A DNA stretch of 64,000 nt from an uncultured Acidobacteriota bacterium (GTDB lineage Bacteria > Acidobacteriota > Thermoanaerobaculia > Gp7-AA8 > JAHWKK01), in contig CAWHHZ010000013.1 in the NCBI GenBank assembly GCA_963829355.1, forward strand, positions 64,584 to 128,583, given 5' to 3'. Under the pieces are notes generated by a model that saw only the letters and a list, made by a program, of their open reading frames with translations, had not been told where the DNA came from and did not search any database. The position numbers were made by a program, and so were the translations under genes. Of the stretch, positions 63,901 through 64,000 are shown piece after piece (within the stretch, counting starts at the first letter, position 1; each line of letters opens with the position of its first letter).

Positions 63901-64000
63901 GACGAAGCCTGGGGGCGGAAGGGCGTCCGCCGCGCTGGCCGGCGGCCTTCTTCAGCAGCTCTCTACTTCAGGCTTTGCGAAGGTGTCGCGCTCTTTTCGC

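Overview
This 64 kb window is the replication-origin neighbourhood of a high-GC (about 65-68%) bacterial chromosome, with a conserved housekeeping backbone. A collinear minus-strand block gyrA-gyrB-recF-dnaN-dnaA is followed by a plus-strand block rpmH-rnpA-yidD-yidC-jag-mnmE-mnmG-rsmG-parA-parB-bactofilin, a split ATP synthase operon (atpF'-F-H-A-G-D-C, no atpB/E), a degenerate histidine-kinase-like protein with a sigma54 (NtrC-type) response regulator, and topA. Downstream come metX, cydAB, an ATP-dependent DNA ligase, mdh, a PolB-exonuclease-like protein, guaD, an IMPase-family gene and uvrA. A minus-strand block then runs mobB-HAD-serB-serC-serA, a vWA surface protein on the plus strand, then glmU-yvcK, mglBA, and the ancient recR-ybaB-dnaX-ffs(SRP RNA)-tRNASer-tRNASer-tadA-tRNAArg(ACG) unit. 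MglAB, a bactofilin beside parAB and the split atp operon together suggest a myxobacterium-like (Myxococcota/deltaproteobacterial-type) lineage, but this is inference only. The sequence supports a candidate oriC between dnaA and dnaN (five DnaA-box-like 9-mers) plus three boxes upstream of dnaA. At least ten intergenic copies of two related long-TIR palindromic MITE/REP-like families are present: family A, TGTCATCCTGAGC...GCTCAGGATGACA, about 110-135 bp; family B, TGTCATTCCGA...TCGGAATGACA, about 105 bp. These include A+B composites and a 667 bp tandem array of family-B-containing units bracketed by inverted (GAACGAT)n heptad microsatellites that runs into the recF stop codon. Three GEGRGEG-type REP hairpins sit between a Zn-ribbon gene and gyrA. 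A triple 14 bp near-palindrome (CACGTG core) lies between mnmE and mnmG. A promoter/small-Cys-rich-ORF/terminator unit lies next to tRNA-Arg. Several genes are frame-interrupted by single-base insertions: rng (two), an aldo-keto reductase (one), and possibly the mnmG/rsmG junction, which indicates either assembly indel errors or recent pseudogenisation. No CRISPR array, IS or transposase, prophage or obvious defence island is visible; the unusual biology here lies in the repeat architecture and regulatory sites rather than in a new multi-gene protein system.
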